64,000 nucleotides of DNA from Lingula anatina (Eukaryota > Animalia > Brachiopoda), in assembly GCA_051362555.1 (NCBI GenBank), contig CM120642.1, positions 744,001-808,000 of the forward strand. The letters run 5' to 3'. This document shows positions 1-55,212 of the stretch, piece by piece. The notes below the pieces were generated by a model. It had not been told where the DNA came from, did no database searches, and was given only the letters and a program-made list of their open reading frames with translations. The first letter of the stretch is position 1. Each line of letters begins with the position of its first letter. Made by a program: the position numbers and the translations under genes.

Positions 1-568
1 TAGATAAATAGATGTTTTACTTATCTTAGCAATAGTTTATCATCTTAAGCAAAACCAAGATATCTATAGAAGCAATGTGTATTCAACCTCTTCTTAATGA
101 GATCTTTTACTATTGATCAGGTTGCATAAGTCTGTAAGCCAACTGGTCAATACAAGAGTCCGTACACACACTCATAGGTGGCTTGTAAAGAACGTGTTGT
201 TATTCCGTTAATAATTCAAATTGGTTTTTGTCGTAGTGTTGTTCTGAGTCATTTACCTGCTGTTGCATTTGACAACTGTGTTACCTGAATAAGGAAAGCA
301 ATAATCATTAAGAGGTCATGTGTGGAATGAATGGAGGATGGTTATGGACCCTTGTGTGTGGTGCATGTTGTCTTTCATTCAGCAGGGTGATATTTTCTTA
401 CTATCAAAACTGTTTGAATTTTCTGCCTCCTTATTAAGAGTTTATGTAACACAGTACAGCCTCTTCCTTGCACTGCTGAATTATTACTATGTTAAGTTAA
501 TGGTTCTTTACTGGGCAACTTCTTGTTTTAAATTTTAAATATAAAAAGCAACTATTTGTCAGAACACA

Positions 569-608
<40 letters not shown>

Positions 609-1361
609 CCTATTGAGAAGAGCAGGACACTATGTCGCACCTGTAAACTGCCTAACTATTTGAACTTCACATATTTGTTATCTGTATGTATATATCCAAT
701 CTATGCAAGCAGAGACAAAATTTCCTGACAAAAAGCTTAGATAAATTTAAATCAATATATCTTGTCTATCAGTTGACATAAGCAGTAACCCATGAGAGAT
801 GGCAACATATATATGATATGGGTATAGAAAGCTGGAGTACATGTTTAGTGATAACAGAAATTAATGAGAACAGTGTACAAGAAATGTTGTAAATTCTGTT
901 AAATTTTCAGTAAGTATCTGTTATCAAACATCAATATTGGACAAATAAACTACGGCAAAAGAAAGAGATCATGCATAAATGCTAATACTCTGCATGAGGT
1001 AATGCAATTGAACTGTGGCCACCACACAGTTTAACACTGCGATTGGTCTTGGTAGAGCCAAAGAAAGGACTGTTTTAACAGAAGTCCTTCTCTAAGATTG
1101 CATTAACGGAGAGTAAGCAGGGCTGAAATTACTGTATTATTGATCATCTGCCTTTTAACCCAGGACTGAAATCAATATCTGAGTAGACAAACCACCAAAC
1201 ATCTCTCGTGTTCATTTTTATATTGGGACAGCATTTACCATAACAGTAAATGACCAATGTGATAGACATTTTGGATTTAAGTATTCCTAAAGACAAATGT
1301 TGTACTAATTTGAAACCAAGTCTTAAAAGAAATCTGGAATAAAATATCACTCCATGTGAAG

Positions 1362-1728
1362 CAAGGCTTTTCCCAGGATTTGGGGTACAGGGAGTCCAGA
1401 AGGAAAATGTGCTATTTGGTAGCGGATTTACAGGAAGCCCTACAAAGTCTCAAAAAAAAAAAAAAAATACCATGAGCGAAAGGGTGGGAGATACAAATAC
1501 TAGTAATAAAAAAGAAATATATATTAAAAATTATTTTAAAATTATAATTTAGTACTTAAATATAACTCATATTCCAACAGAATGAATTGAAGAATATTCC
1601 AGACCATCCTGGCAAGTCAAGCTGTCACTTAATAATGAAATTGTAAGCTGTCATTGAAATTATAGTCTGTGTGGTGATGCTGGTGGCCGTCCAAGTGATG
1701 GCTGAATGGTTTGCTGGGAAAAGCCTTG
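1362..1728. mobile_element. MITE with perfect 15-bp terminal inverted repeats (hAT-like)
   Basis: caaggcttttcccag ... ctgggaaaagccttg. The flanks atgtgaag and atctgctg match only partly as an 8-bp TSD. Confidence 0.6.
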
Positions 1729-1990
1729 ATCTGCTGTGAATGTCTCCCCAGAATATTTCCTTAAAAACCCGTCCTTTTATGTTACCAGAAGTCCCGTCTA
1801 TTTTAGTGAGGTCTTCTGTACTTTGAGTAGAATATAGAAAAACAGGTGATTATAGGATTACACTGGAAGCAAGAGGAAGCTTGTAAGTCTGTCAGTCTGA
1901 CTGCATTCAGCGTGAGTCCCCATGGTGATGGTGTACAGGGTCAACAAAATTCACTGCAAATGGTCCCTAAGATATTTGTTTTATTTCCAG

Positions 1991-19255
<17,265 letters not shown>

Positions 19256-21444
19256 CTATGGTAACCATATCCACGACAACAGTTACCATTGGAAACCAAG
19301 AGGAGTCCATATATATCCATCATCAAAAATTAGTCACATATAATAGATTAAAAGACTTGAGCCACTGTACTGTGTAGAGAAGTTACTTGTGATAGCAGGA
19401 TGACAAAATTAACGAAAGTATTGCTAATATTTAAGCTGCAGAGAAGGCAAGTACCAGGAATCAGCACACCAGTGTGTGGAGAGAAAGGATGCCAAGAAGT
19501 ACCAAGTATATATACCTTCAGACAGGGAAGTCGAGTCCATGCATTCCAAAGATTTTCACAGAAACATGTGCATGGACAGGAGGCCTCTTTCTGTACAAAT
19601 AAATCTATAATATCAGTGGAGTATAACTGTGGAGTGTAACCTACAAACAACTGGTTCTGCTGTATTTATTACTATTATTGGTATTCAAGAGTGGGATAAG
19701 GGTTATAAACTATGTGTAGGAAGTCGTGTTTTAGCTCAAGAGAAATGTGCTTATACTGATCATTTCTGAATGTGAAATAGAAATTTGGTTGGTATTTAAT
19801 TTTCATTTCGATGGTTACTGCACTGTTTTATAGTACCAGACACATCATGTTGTGCTCCTGAGCCCTGGAAATGATGTGTGCCCTTTTCAGATCCTCATAC
19901 GTATGTAGAGATATTACAAGACGTTGTGTGGAGATCTTTCAGGAAGCTGTCGGACATAGGGTGTCTGGGTAGACATTACCCCTGGATGTCATATAGCTCT
20001 CTCAGGAATGCATGCATGCAGCTACAGTGATGATGTCATACCACACCCGGAATATTTGGTCATAATGTGCAAGTGATGAATTAAGTTTCATTCAATCTTT
20101 TGTTACAAGGTTTATGAAATATTTGGCAATCCTGCAGAAATTTAATGTGGGGCATAGAAAGTAAAACTTTTCCTTGTCATCTTTGGGAATTTGGTGTTTA
20201 GAAATTTTATGATTTGTTTCATGTCAGTGCTGTAGATTGGAGTTTGGAGATTTTTTTATAAAGGTGAAAAAAGAAAACATGCTGATAATGATTGAATATA
20301 AGACATTCTGCTGCTAAGCAACAGTCCTTATTCCCCTGATAAAAACTTTCCCTTTCAAAAAACATTTCTGTTTCTTAATTCTTCTTTCTTTAAAAATAAA
20401 TAGATCAAATACTAAAAATTTTCAAGAGGTCTTAATGTTTATGTTGTCTAAAGACTGGTATGTAAATAGGTGTTCCTGTGCTCTCTGTTCTGTAGCCTCA
20501 CTGTGGTAGGCAGATGTGGAGCATTAGAAATAATGTCAACATGTTATAATGGTACGCGGATCATGTGCCAATATATATATTATATATACTTGTACATATG
20601 AATGTCAGAAAAATAAGTGATTATTTATAGGAGAATAGGGTGGTATAATTTTTGCTTCGGTTATGTAGTGATGTTTGTGGGCGATAAATGTTACCGTGTC
20701 ATTTACAGATGTTGCCGACCTAAATGATGCATGGAGATTATACACTGCTTGCTGAAATCAGTCATGTGCAAAGAATATTATTTTACTTCTGTCGCTCAAG
20801 AAAAGATAGCTTCTTTCTTCAAATTTTAGTTTTATTCAAGCTATTTGTCCATTTTCAGCCTGAAAAAGAAAATAAGAGATCAATGATAAGAGATAATAAT
20901 AGGTTAAAGATCAATGAGACAAAAACCCATCATATTTATGGGAAATTTTGTTAGAAAAGTATATTTTAAGTAATATAAATGTTCCAATAAGTTCAGCGGC
21001 TTGAAAGCACCACGATAGTAAAACTAGTGTAGAAAAGTAGCGTCTTAGCTGTGGCAAAATAAAGTGGAAGTATGTGATCCTATAAAACAAAATTACTCAG
21101 AATTTGATAGAAATGAAGTTTTTGTGGAGTTTTAGGAGACACATTGAAGTTGCCTGTGTTGAAGGTGTCTTGTTTTGCCTCATCACGTTGTTGAAATGAA
21201 ATTTATAAAATAGCAATTTTGTATAGGAGACGAGTAGAATTTGGTAACAAATAATGAAGCAGATTATAGACTTCTGTAGAATTATGTGAATAAAAATATT
21301 AACTTTAAGAACCATTTTCACTTTTTTGTCCACTTTTATTATCTGACAGTTTCCAGCCAAATGATTTGAAAAAAGTTATTTTCACTATAAACTGATGGAC
21401 CATCTTTCAGCACAAATATATCACAAACATTTTTGAAAGAATTT

Positions 21445-21450
21445 TTTATT
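21445..21450 (-). terminator. Probable polyadenylation signal (AATAAA) of SELENOF
   Basis: tttatt on the + strand, about 70 nt past the SECIS. Confidence 0.55.
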
Positions 21451-21521
21451 GATGAAATAAATATACAATATTGCTTCTGTACAGTTATATATGTATAATA
21501 CCAGCTAATGCAATCTACACA

Positions 21522-21593
21522 GGGTCTCTGTCAGTATCTCAACTACAGCACACCGCAGGGTTTGATGCTGAAGCTTCATGGAGACAGAAACCC
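21522..21593 (-). promoter_or_regulatory. SECIS element in SELENOF 3' UTR
   Basis: Minus strand reads gggtttctgtc-tcc-ATGAa-gcttcagca-tc-AAA-cc-ctgc-gg-tg-tgctgtagt-TGAG-atact-gacagagaccc: helix I, AUGA/GA core, helix II, apical AAA and a mini-stem. Confidence 0.92.
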
Positions 21594-22230
21594 ACTGCAG
21601 CAGTGCTTAGGATGTCTAGCTCTCTTTGTACATTGATGAAACTATGAGAATTTCAATGTTCCTGGTCTGTTTTTCAAGATTTTAGTTTTTACTGTAATAC
21701 TGCTATATATATACCGAAAACTAACACAATGTTCATGCAACTTTTACATCTACAACCAGGTGGCAATACCTGTTGTCATTTTTTTTTTTCAGAACTGATC
21801 ATGTAATTTAACTTTCACACACATAATTGTGGTCCAATACAAAGAATTTACACTACAGTTTATTTTTTAAAACAAATAACAATATCAATAATTTCTTTTC
21901 TCCCCCTAATAAATTATCTAGGGTCAAAACATTCAACAGAACAAAAAAAATCAATGTTGTAAGTATCTCATACCCATAAGAGATGACATGTGATGTATCA
22001 TTCACAAAATTGACATATAACGAGTAACAAAGAGATCTGCTAAGACAATGAGTCACTGCACTGTACATTACATCAGCTTTATAGTCATGAAAATATCCTG
22101 AGACTGCATAGAAAGAAATTTGTTCAGTAAAATATGGCAATGCTAACAACAAGGCATGACAGAGTCTAATTGACCACGTCAAGTGTATTCCCACCATGTA
22201 CAGCAATGCAAAATTCAACTGAGCAAGAAT

Positions 22231-23623
22231 TTATTTCCTTAGGCGCTCATGGAAGAATTCCTCCACAGAGTCTGTGTTCCACTTCTCAATGCTGAGTGTC
22301 TCCTGCACCACACGGTTATCATCCAACAGTTTGATGACAGGATCAGCCCCCCTCACATACTTCACCCTTAACCCAGGGAACTGTGAGGGACGGTCACTCT
22401 TCACAAAAGCTGAAATATGATTTGAAAACATCATTATGCTGGTTATTCAACCAAACTAACAGGAATGAGATTTTTTTTTTTTAACAATCTGCCGATTGCT
22501 GACTTTTTGGAGATAAAATGTCATTGGTCTAGGCAGCCCACTGGAGCCCATGCCATATTTCCTGACTTCTCACCAAATGGCAGTTTCATGCTTGTACTAA
22601 TAATAAACAAAAATCACTCAGTAATAGCTGAAACATGTTAAAAATCAATATGCAGGTTCTTTACACTCAAGACAAACCGAAACTAAACAGGGGTAAAATT
22701 AACTTTAACCCCAAGCTAAGGTGTGTTTATTTCTTTTCAACACATAAACACAAAATTTAATAAACATTCCACTATTCTACAATTAAACAATCCACTGACC
22801 TTGCACCTGTGGATATCTCCCCAATTTTCATTGACACACCTGTAGCTCAGCAAATGGAAACAGCTAGAATGAAATGTATAAATAAATAATTTAACGAAGG
22901 ACAGGTGGTCAAAAAAGTTACATGTGGCATCAAGCCTTGATATCTTTTAAATATCAAAATCAAAAAATTTGGAATCCAAGTTTAAGGTAACAGAAATATG
23001 GGTGTGTCACTGTGGACAGGTGTCTGAACACTTACCTGTTTATTTTATATTAAATGTAACAGAAATATGGCTGTGTCACTGTGGACAGTTGTCTGGACAC
23101 TTACCTGTTTATTTTATATTAAATGTAACAGAAATATGGGTGTGTCACTGTGGACAGTTGTCTGAACACTTACCTGTTCATTTTTCTCCTCGTCCTTGTC
23201 TTCCTGGCAGCACTGATGACAGTCCTCACTGAGTTTTTGTAGCTCAAAGTTTGCTAACTCATTACAAGTGGAGCAGAAGAGATTAGTAGTGAAGCCAAGC
23301 TCTCGACATTGCTCTGAACTCAGCTTCTCACCACTTGTTAAATATATCTGAAAGATCAAAACATTTGTTTTTTAATATTATATATATATATATAGAATAT
23401 AGAATATCAATGACTCTATCTTCCTTAAATGACACGCGTCACTCAACCAGCACAATATCGAAATCTTCTCTTAAGCAAGTGTATACTGGTAGAAATCCCC
23501 TCAGATTGGTAAATATATGCGTTCTCTCATTGAAAAATATGTTTTGTAATTTTTCATATATCTAACTTTAAGAATACAAACCAAAAATACAAAAGAGGAC
23601 AGCAGACCACGGAGGTCCGCCAT
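22231..23623 (-). CDS. SELENOF: Selenoprotein F (Sep15), 157 aa, Sec encoded by in-frame TGA at 22830-22828
   Basis: Exons 23623-23567 (signal peptide MADLRGLLSSFVFLVCILK), 23347-23174 (Cys-rich CRELGF..LFCSTC..CHQCC), 22863-22800 (AELQVCQ-U-KLGRYPQVQ), 22409-22231 (AFVKSDRP..VKYVRGADPVIKLLD..IEKWNTDSVEEFF). Total 474 nt, in frame, with a SECIS downstream. Confidence 0.96.
22987..23178 (-). repeat. 69-bp x3 repeat spanning the SELENOF exon 2 donor
   Basis: aacAG|GTAAGTgt with exon-side bases at 23174 (real), 23105 and 23036. Confidence 0.9.
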
Positions 23624-24352
23624 CTTCCTATTTTTCGCTTCTGCGAAGCTACTCTTCTCTCATTGGTCAAAATATCTGTCCGCTCCTGAGTCTGTGAAAA
23701 TTCACTGCGCAGTTAAGATTAAACTACTAAATCTCGTAACATTACTTTTGTTTATTTATTTTTATTGTTTTAAAATATAAATCGCAAGTCACCATGAAAA
23801 TTGTGGACATAACATAAAGATAAAATTATTCAGGTAGGTATATGCGTATTCCAGTGGACGTTATCTCCCTTAGAATTAACTCTAACTTGGTAAAGAATGT
23901 AGCGGTATTTTATCAGCACAGTAGCCAAGACAAGTTGTAAATATTTGGAACTTAGAAAAACCTTTGTTTGTTCAGTGCCTTGATTTCAGTTTGACCTTGT
24001 ATTTTCTAAATGCATATATTCGTTTGTTACATTATATAAAACGTGAAAGCACTCGCTCAAAATAGCATTTAAATGAAGTCTAAAGGTATATGGTAACAAT
24101 GCAAAAGTAACAAGTGTCAAAAATATAAGCAACATCGTATAACATTTGCGGCCTCCTTTTTGCTCTTTGGGTTGTTCTAACAAAGGGCCCAAAATTAACA
24201 CAGAATGGCATTCTCTCATGCTTTTCAATTCTCCTTAGTGTTAACTCCTCAGAATTCTGTTTTTAGTTAGATAATAAAACTTTGTGCCTCTTTTCTTTTT
24301 CTCAGTAGACGCCATCAAAGTAATATCATTATCATGAAATTTCTATCTTCAG
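23617..24352. promoter_or_regulatory. Probable bidirectional promoter region of SELENOF and MEGF8
   Basis: The start codons are only about 730 bp apart and divergent. A YY1-type AAGATGGCGG overlaps the SELENOF ATG, CCAAT lies on the minus strand at 23662-23666, and a candidate MEGF8 non-coding exon donor CAG|GTAGGT is at 23834. Confidence 0.55.
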
Positions 24353-47531
<23,179 letters not shown>

Positions 47532-48624
47532 AACTGGTTTCATGGAGCCTTTAGTTAGAATACACTGTGGAAGCTGACTTTATGTGTGGTGTATATGCAT
47601 TTGAAACACAAAGCTTTTGCTTTAAAATGAACAGCATTAACGTGGAAGATTTGGATGTGATGAGCTAGAGAAGATATTTAAAAGCTGTATACAGTAACCA
47701 GACTGTTAAATGTGCACATATTTGTTGATGGTGTATTTGTATATAATACACACTAGAGACCTGGTACTGAAGACATGTGGCTTTTTATCTTAGTAGCAAT
47801 AACACCAAGTCACTTCTGTGTTTAGGATATAGAAGTACACACTGGGCAGTTGTGATGATACTGGAAGCCAAATAGAACTGTGACAACAAATTGTTCATTT
47901 GATCTCAATATCTCTCCCTTTTTTTTTAGATGTTTTGTTTGTGGCCCAGAACTTACATGTTTTTGAAAACAGTAAAACTTTACACCGGATGATCAAATGG
48001 ATTTAGTTCTAAGAAGAAAGTTCAGCTGACAGTTTTGAATTTTCTAGAGTCAAATGTATCTCCTAATAATCTCCTGTTTATTTTCTGCATGTGCATGTCA
48101 TACTGTGAGTCTTTGTTTTGTAATGCTATGAATGGCTGCTGTTAGGATTCGAATACAATTGTTAAATGCACTGCTGCAAATTTTGACAGGGTTGTTGCGT
48201 AGCACTTGCAGAATTGTGAAAATATTTTCGTGGAACTTCAACACCTCTGTTATAACTCTGATTAGTTAAAGATTTTATGGTCTCCTCAATCTGCGGCTTC
48301 ATCAGTGTTATTCAAATTAATTAGCATGTATAGTTAATTAATCTTTTACAGTTTCCTCTGGCAACAGGTTGGTTAATTTAGAACTCGTGTTCTGCAGTAT
48401 TTTACCCCGCAACATTTCTGATGACATTGCTTTTAACTTGAATTTTAGCTGTTGATCAAAAATAATATAAATAAGTCAAGTGATTCACACATCTGCTGAT
48501 AATCAGTTCAGGTCAACTTCTATTTGCTGGGGATATTTTTCCACTCATTGACTCTTCAAGCAGGACATTAAGTAATTAAACCTTGTAATAACTAGACTGT
48601 GGGGAAGACGACTAGTAAGTATAA

Positions 48625-48795
48625 GGCCCATTCAAAATAGGGGACTAACTAGTAGCAGAGTGAAATACACTGACCTACTAGAAAGCTTGCCGAATAATCT
48701 GCTACAATACACTGATTTTGATACCCCATGGGGGAAGTAGTGGGTCAGCCATATTTGATCCTGGGACTAGTTAGTACCCTATTCTGAATGAGGCC
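48625..48795. mobile_element. MITE (Harbinger-like) downstream of the MEGF8 stop, probably in the 3' UTR
   Basis: Imperfect TIRs of about 30 bp, ggcccattcaaaataggggactaactagt / actagttagtaccctattctgaatgaggcc, with TAA and TTA flanks. Confidence 0.65.
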
Positions 48796-50142
48796 TTAGA
48801 GGTCATGTCCCTGTGCTTACATCAAGAAATTAACATTGTTTATGTACGTCGTAAGGTGGTCGTAAGTTGGAATATAGTGAAGAAAAAGACCTCATATGGT
48901 TTTTAATGAGATTGATGTTTGTCAAACCCCACTAAACTGGAAGAAGAGATTTGTATGTTCATTATGAGAGGAAAATGAATAGAGATGATTAACAGAGTAA
49001 CACAATAGAAGTAATTATGAAATGAGTAAGTTGTTTAGATGTTATACCACACAGCAGATGGATACTTTGATCTCATTCTTAATCATAGAAATCCCAATGC
49101 AGTTAACATATCATTTCTGCTTAATGCATTGTGTGTTGATTTTCATGTGTTGTTCAAGCTACACTGAAGCTGCAAGCATTTGACACCTTTTTATATCTCT
49201 CTGTTTCCTAGAGTTAAAAATGTTCTGTACATACAGGCCACAATTAGCAAATAAATGTATTTCATATAGGGAAATCTGAAAAAAGGGAATAAGGCATGAA
49301 AACCAGAACATATTAGATGGGGGGGGGGTCACAGTATAGTGTAATATTATATTTATATATTTTGTTAAGTAACTTGAGCTTTATATAAGTTATTTGAACA
49401 TATAGAATACACAGATATATGTATAGGTCTTTTTTATGTTTTAATTTTTTATTTATTTATATTAGATCTAGGGGAAGTTATTTAAAATTCTGCTTCCATA
49501 TTTTGATTTTTCTAAGGCGATAAGATAAAGCTGAAATCATGGAATATTGATTGATATGAATATTTATAGGTAGATATAGCAAGTGTCTTATTACCACCAC
49601 TTTTAAGCAGAGTTTGAATCATGGATAATTGTTTAGATAAACAACTTGCATAAATTGTATATTATAAAGTATTATTTAACCAAGATCCATATCCATGTGT
49701 GCTAGACTCACTGTGCAGGCTTCAGACACCACCGTCACTGAAAGTTATTAGAAATAAAAGAAATTAAAAGTGTTAATATTTAATGATACCTGTATTGAAC
49801 CAGACTGGTGGTTGAAACACAGGGGTCATATACTTGGACTAGAAAGAGTTATAAATAAGAGTGTAATCGCAACAAGTGTTGATTTTGTACATTTTGAAAT
49901 ACCTCTCTTCTTATTGAAGTCTTCACTGAAGACGGTTGCATCAAATGTGATTTTTCAGGAATGGAGACATGCTTGCATGATTCAGGCATTATGTCAATTT
50001 ATTGTTTGCTGAGAAGTAAAGGATGGTTATTTACTATAAATGTATTATAAATAATAAATCAATGAAAAGTACCAAGTTTAATTGTTCATTATTCCATTTG
50101 TCTTTTCTCTTCATTATCATGAAACATTATTATGTTTTAAGT

Positions 50143-50173
<31 letters not shown>

Positions 50174-51099
50174 GTTCATTTTAACTTTGGATCATTTTAA
50201 TTTCACAAAGAGAAAGAAAATCACCCCAACATGCTGTTTATGGTAAACCAAATATCTGTCACAAAATTGAACCCATTATTGTCATAATGTTGATTTGCAT
50301 ATATGGAAAGACATGCCGAGGTATTGAGAGAAAATCCTCCAATAACAGACGACTCTCCACTTCCTGCACCACATTTTATTAACCTACATTTTTACTCATT
50401 GTTACAAGTAACCCAGGCCAGAATTTACTCTTATCTTCAGAACATGGCCAGGAGTGAACAGTCCCACACTGGACAGGTTTTTATTAAATACTTCAGTATG
50501 AAAACTGGTCCAAACTTTTACACCAAATGTTTGATCTACTTCAGTTGAAGATCAACCCACAGTTATCCACTTAAAGTGCAAAACATTGGTCTGTCACAGT
50601 CGTCTTTCCTGTAATTATTAAATTATTAGATGGGCACAAAATTTTACTTGGACTAATACCAATTCATCTTACTAGGCAGATACAGACTTCACATTTGGTG
50701 TAAAAGTTGGACCACTATTCAGCCTAAACTCCAGTCAGACAGCCCTGGTTCTGCACATACCTTCTCCCAGTGACTAGATAGCTTATAACTTAATCATTTC
50801 TATGTGTTCGATCCTTCTCACAACACCCTGAACCTCAAAACTTTAAGGTTTGGTTCTCTCTTAGCTCAGAACACAATACATAATGTATATCATTAGACTA
50901 ACTCAGGGTGCTATCACCATGGTAACCTGCAGCCGCATATATCATACATCAGTTGTCTCAGCAACTTGAACACATACCTTAACTTGTTGTACACATACCT
51001 TGTTACAACACAAAGAAATTACTCCAAACTTTTTAGGGAAACTCCATTCATTTTATCACCCATATTTTCTTCAAGAGCTGGCCCTTGATGAATTGTTAA

Positions 51100-51183
51100 C
51101 CCTTCTTCACTCCATCTGTCCAAGACTTTCTGACCTGCACCCACCATGTGAACACACACCATGGCACTACAGGTGGTAAAGGG
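51100..51183. mobile_element. Possible tiny piggyBac-type relic
   Basis: TTAA|cccttcttcac ... ggtggtaaaggg|TTAA. Confidence 0.4.
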
Positions 51184-54100
51184 TTAATTATTTTTATTGC
51201 ACCTGAATTTCTTCATATTGAACACTGACACAGAATCACAACAATAAATGCTAAATTCAGTTCAGGTCATGTGATGTCACATTTCTGCTCAAGGCTTGTA
51301 CTCGCAAATTTTAAATACACCAATTTCTGTATGAAGTATATTCCAAGTCATTTTTTGTATTTCCAGAATAAATAAGTACTATTTAAAATTACTGTTGGTC
51401 TGACAAACTTTTGTCAATTGTTGTCAATTTTTAAAAACAATTGTCTTAATCCAGCATAGGGTCTTTTGACAGTTAACCAAGGCAACAGCTGAGCAAAGTT
51501 ACAAATTAAATATCCATAGATAAAAATAATTTTGTAATAAAGATTATTTATATCTGTTGATAAGAATAATCTTTAATGCAAAAGATATGCCAGTGTGCGA
51601 GTACGAGCCAAGGATGTTCAAAACCTGCTCTCCATGTGACACAAGCAGGCAACTGGAGCAGTCGAGGGTCAGGCACGCAGATTACGAAAACATTTCTGTA
51701 GTGGTTAGACCAATGAACACAGTTGATATTGGCCTTCATTTCCATAATGGAAACTGCAGAATATTCACGACTAAAGGTGTAAATATCCTGGAACATGACA
51801 TCTGCATTATTCAGTGGAGTGAAGTTCCTGATCTTACCCCTTGAACAATGCTCCAACTGCAAGCTGAACTGTCAAGTCTAATAAGTAGTCAGACCTCAAC
51901 TAACAATTTATAGATAACACAATAGCAGAGAATGATAAAAGCAGCTTACAAAGTGGCCATTATACAAAGTTCAGACTTTTTCAAATGCATGTGCTTAAAT
52001 GCCAAGTCCTTTTGTGACTAAGATGTTCTTTTGTGAGACAAGCCAAAATATTTGGAGGTTATCTGTACTAGTTATAGAAGTTAGTACTATGGTGCAATCT
52101 TGTGACCATATGTAACAAAATTTCACCTTCCCAAAGAATACTTGGTGAATTCTGTAGGTTGAAGAGTTTTACTCTTGGAGGCATAACTTATACACAATCA
52201 CAGTTCTTCAACATTCTTAATTTCAGAATTTCTTACCCGTTTATACTCAAATTAACACATGGTCTGTAAAATCACTGTAGACCCAGAGTTGAAGAGACAC
52301 TGGTTTGTGGTCTCCAGGCACAGACATGCCTCAGAATTGTAAGTCTGCAGTCTTCTGCTTGTCTCTGGCTTATACCAACACCGCTGTATGAACCACTCTG
52401 TCAATGCTTGTTATCTATAGTGGTATCTGAATATACCCTAACTAAAGCTTAAAGTAAATAAATTCTTTATAATAAACTCAACAAATATATCTGACAATAA
52501 ATACTGGTAAACAATATGATAACAACAATCATTATATATTAGTTTATAAAGAATAGAGTCTCTTTGGTCTAAAACTAGGAATTAACTACCTTAATATTTT
52601 CAGCTGTTGGTTTTTATTGTGGTGAATAAAAATCAAGAAAGAGACAAGAGATACCAAGTGAATGGAGGAGTCTCACAACATAAGACTAGAACACAGGAAT
52701 GTATAAGGTGAAGGCTCTCACAGTGGAGAGACAATTAGAGACAAACATCTCTTGCTTTACACAGAGCTGTGAGATATGTATACAGTGTGACATACTTGAC
52801 AACATGTCCCTGTGTATGGAGTGAGAAGACAGAGAGTGCACCTGTGAATTGTTTACACCCAAGGTCTCAGAGATCCACAATGAATGAGCCAGGAATTGGT
52901 AATGTAAGTAACCTGGTGGCAGAGGCGAGTTTCTATCAGCCTCTGAAACACAGGGTGAAAATAACTGTCTGCCAAAATGAGCTCCATTTTCCATCAAAAC
53001 CATACATATCTGCACTGAAAGCTCTCCTCTTTGTCACTAAGTTGTTCTTGTTCTTTCATCACCTCAGCTGTATTATAACTTAATATATAACAGAACATAA
53101 CAGTCACCAAAGCCAGAGATAAAGCAGTTATAAAACATGCATTGCTGTATTAATAAAGTCAGGATATTTTACCCAAAAGTATAGGTAAGTTGATTTTCAG
53201 ACAGATTACCACAGAGTTTAAATAGACAGTGTGCTTCACATGTAATGACAGGAGACCAGTTATCTGATGCAGAAATTATTTCATCAGATATCACGCCCCA
53301 CTTAAAAAAATTGGAATTTTTCTTATCTTACAGCACTTCAGTGTATGCTAAAAATATAGCTACATTTATGGATTTCATTTACATGGCTAGAAATTGTTGG
53401 CAAGCATAAATATTTTTTGAAAATTTTTCTCAAACTGTGTTGCGACCAAGTATTTTCATGTAGAATTGGCATTAGAGCTTGGGTAATATTATCAAAACTC
53501 CCACGAAAAATAGATTGGGATACACATTCCCTACTGAAAGGTTGGCATGACATGAAAGATGAACAACTACTTCCAAACACTTCCACCAGCTGCTTGAACC
53601 GTTTATCCTTTTTTTATCATCTTTGTTTTTTTTTACTCTGTGAAATAAAAAATAAAGACATTTTCTACGCAGTACCTTAAAATACAATTATTGGGAAGAA
53701 AGGGCAGTTTCAGTGGCAAACTATTTCATTTCTATCACAGCTCCTCCAGGAGAGGAATACAACCTTTCCATGTTGTGTCTTCGTCATCCAATTATCACAT
53801 TAAAATTATCTTCTATTCTCAGCACCAAGTTAAAATTAGTTCTTTCTAAAAACCATTTGTGAGGTTACCTGTACACCTGAACAGTCAGCTTTCAGTGTGA
53901 TTTGTCAACAATCAGCTGTGTTTGCCACCCTATAGCAGACAAATAACTCATTATTTTATTAATTAGGGGAGTCGTACCATTAAAACATTTTCACTAAACT
54001 ACATATCGCTTCAGGACATTTGTGGCTTTAAATCTATCATCATAGCATCTGGATATGAATTTGAATATATTAACTTTTTCTCCCACTAACGAGGAACATT

Positions 54101-54191
54101 TATATATATCATACAGCATACACATAATAATATATTAGCTATTTCTGTGTGCCTGCTGATTGTCCTGGCTAATGCTGTGAAACATCACTGT

Positions 54192-55147
54192 CTATTCAGT
54201 GCCCTTTTCTTTATCTTTGTCTCCCGGTGTGGGGGTTACATCCTCAGAAAACAGGGGGTTCTTCACTTCCATTTCACCCGTCTGAAAATACAAACAGTAA
54301 ATAATGTACTTCCATAAAACAATGCTAATTAGCAGTGTCTTATCAAGAGATCAGGTTGCAATACCCTTCAAAATTCACAAATACTTTGTTAAAAATGTTC
54401 ACAGAAATGGTGTGTACTTACTGGAGCCAGCCCTGGGCATTCATATACAGTATAGTCTCCCTCCTCATTCTCTTCATCACTGTCCTCCTCACTGCCGTCA
54501 TGCTTCATGTCGCCATTGGCCCTGGGATAGGGATAATTAATGTCAGTGTCTCATGAGGATATTATATCATAATGAGTGAAATAATTATTACTTTAGTGAT
54601 CAATTTATTAATTTATAATGCAAACCTGAAGACCATAAACATCTGGGGTGGTTATTATCTATGTTTCATACCTCACATCTCCATGAGGATACATAGAAAT
54701 TAACTAGTAATTAATTTATGATTTTATTGAACAAGACTGTAAAACTTAAGACAGAAAACATCTGTGGTCAAATATAAACCTGTTAGCAGTCGCAGTGAGC
54801 TGTGTGCAGCTGATTAAAATTAAAGTTTCCGTTTTCTGTGATATTTGTCATGGAAACCATGTGGTATTCCACACATGTTCTGAACAGTAATGTACGACAT
54901 ATGAAACATATGTTGACATGTATGCTTTGTGCATACAAAGAGACAGCAAAGGTAAAGCTGCCAGTTCTCATTGAATATGCACATACACAGCAGTGTGTCT
55001 CAGTATAATAACACATCTGTACATACATAAACACATGCCACCACATAGACACACAAAGTGTATGTAAGCACCCATGCAGTACGCTTTCTCTCTCTCTCTC
55101 TCTCTCATATAAATACTCTCTCTCACACACACATACTCACATGTTCA

Positions 55148-55212
<65 letters not shown>

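Noticed and set aside
50506-50714. Inverted repeat pair tggtccaaacttttacaccaaatgt / acatttggtgtaaaagttggacca
   Set aside because: Probably a decayed MITE, but termini and TSD could not be defined.
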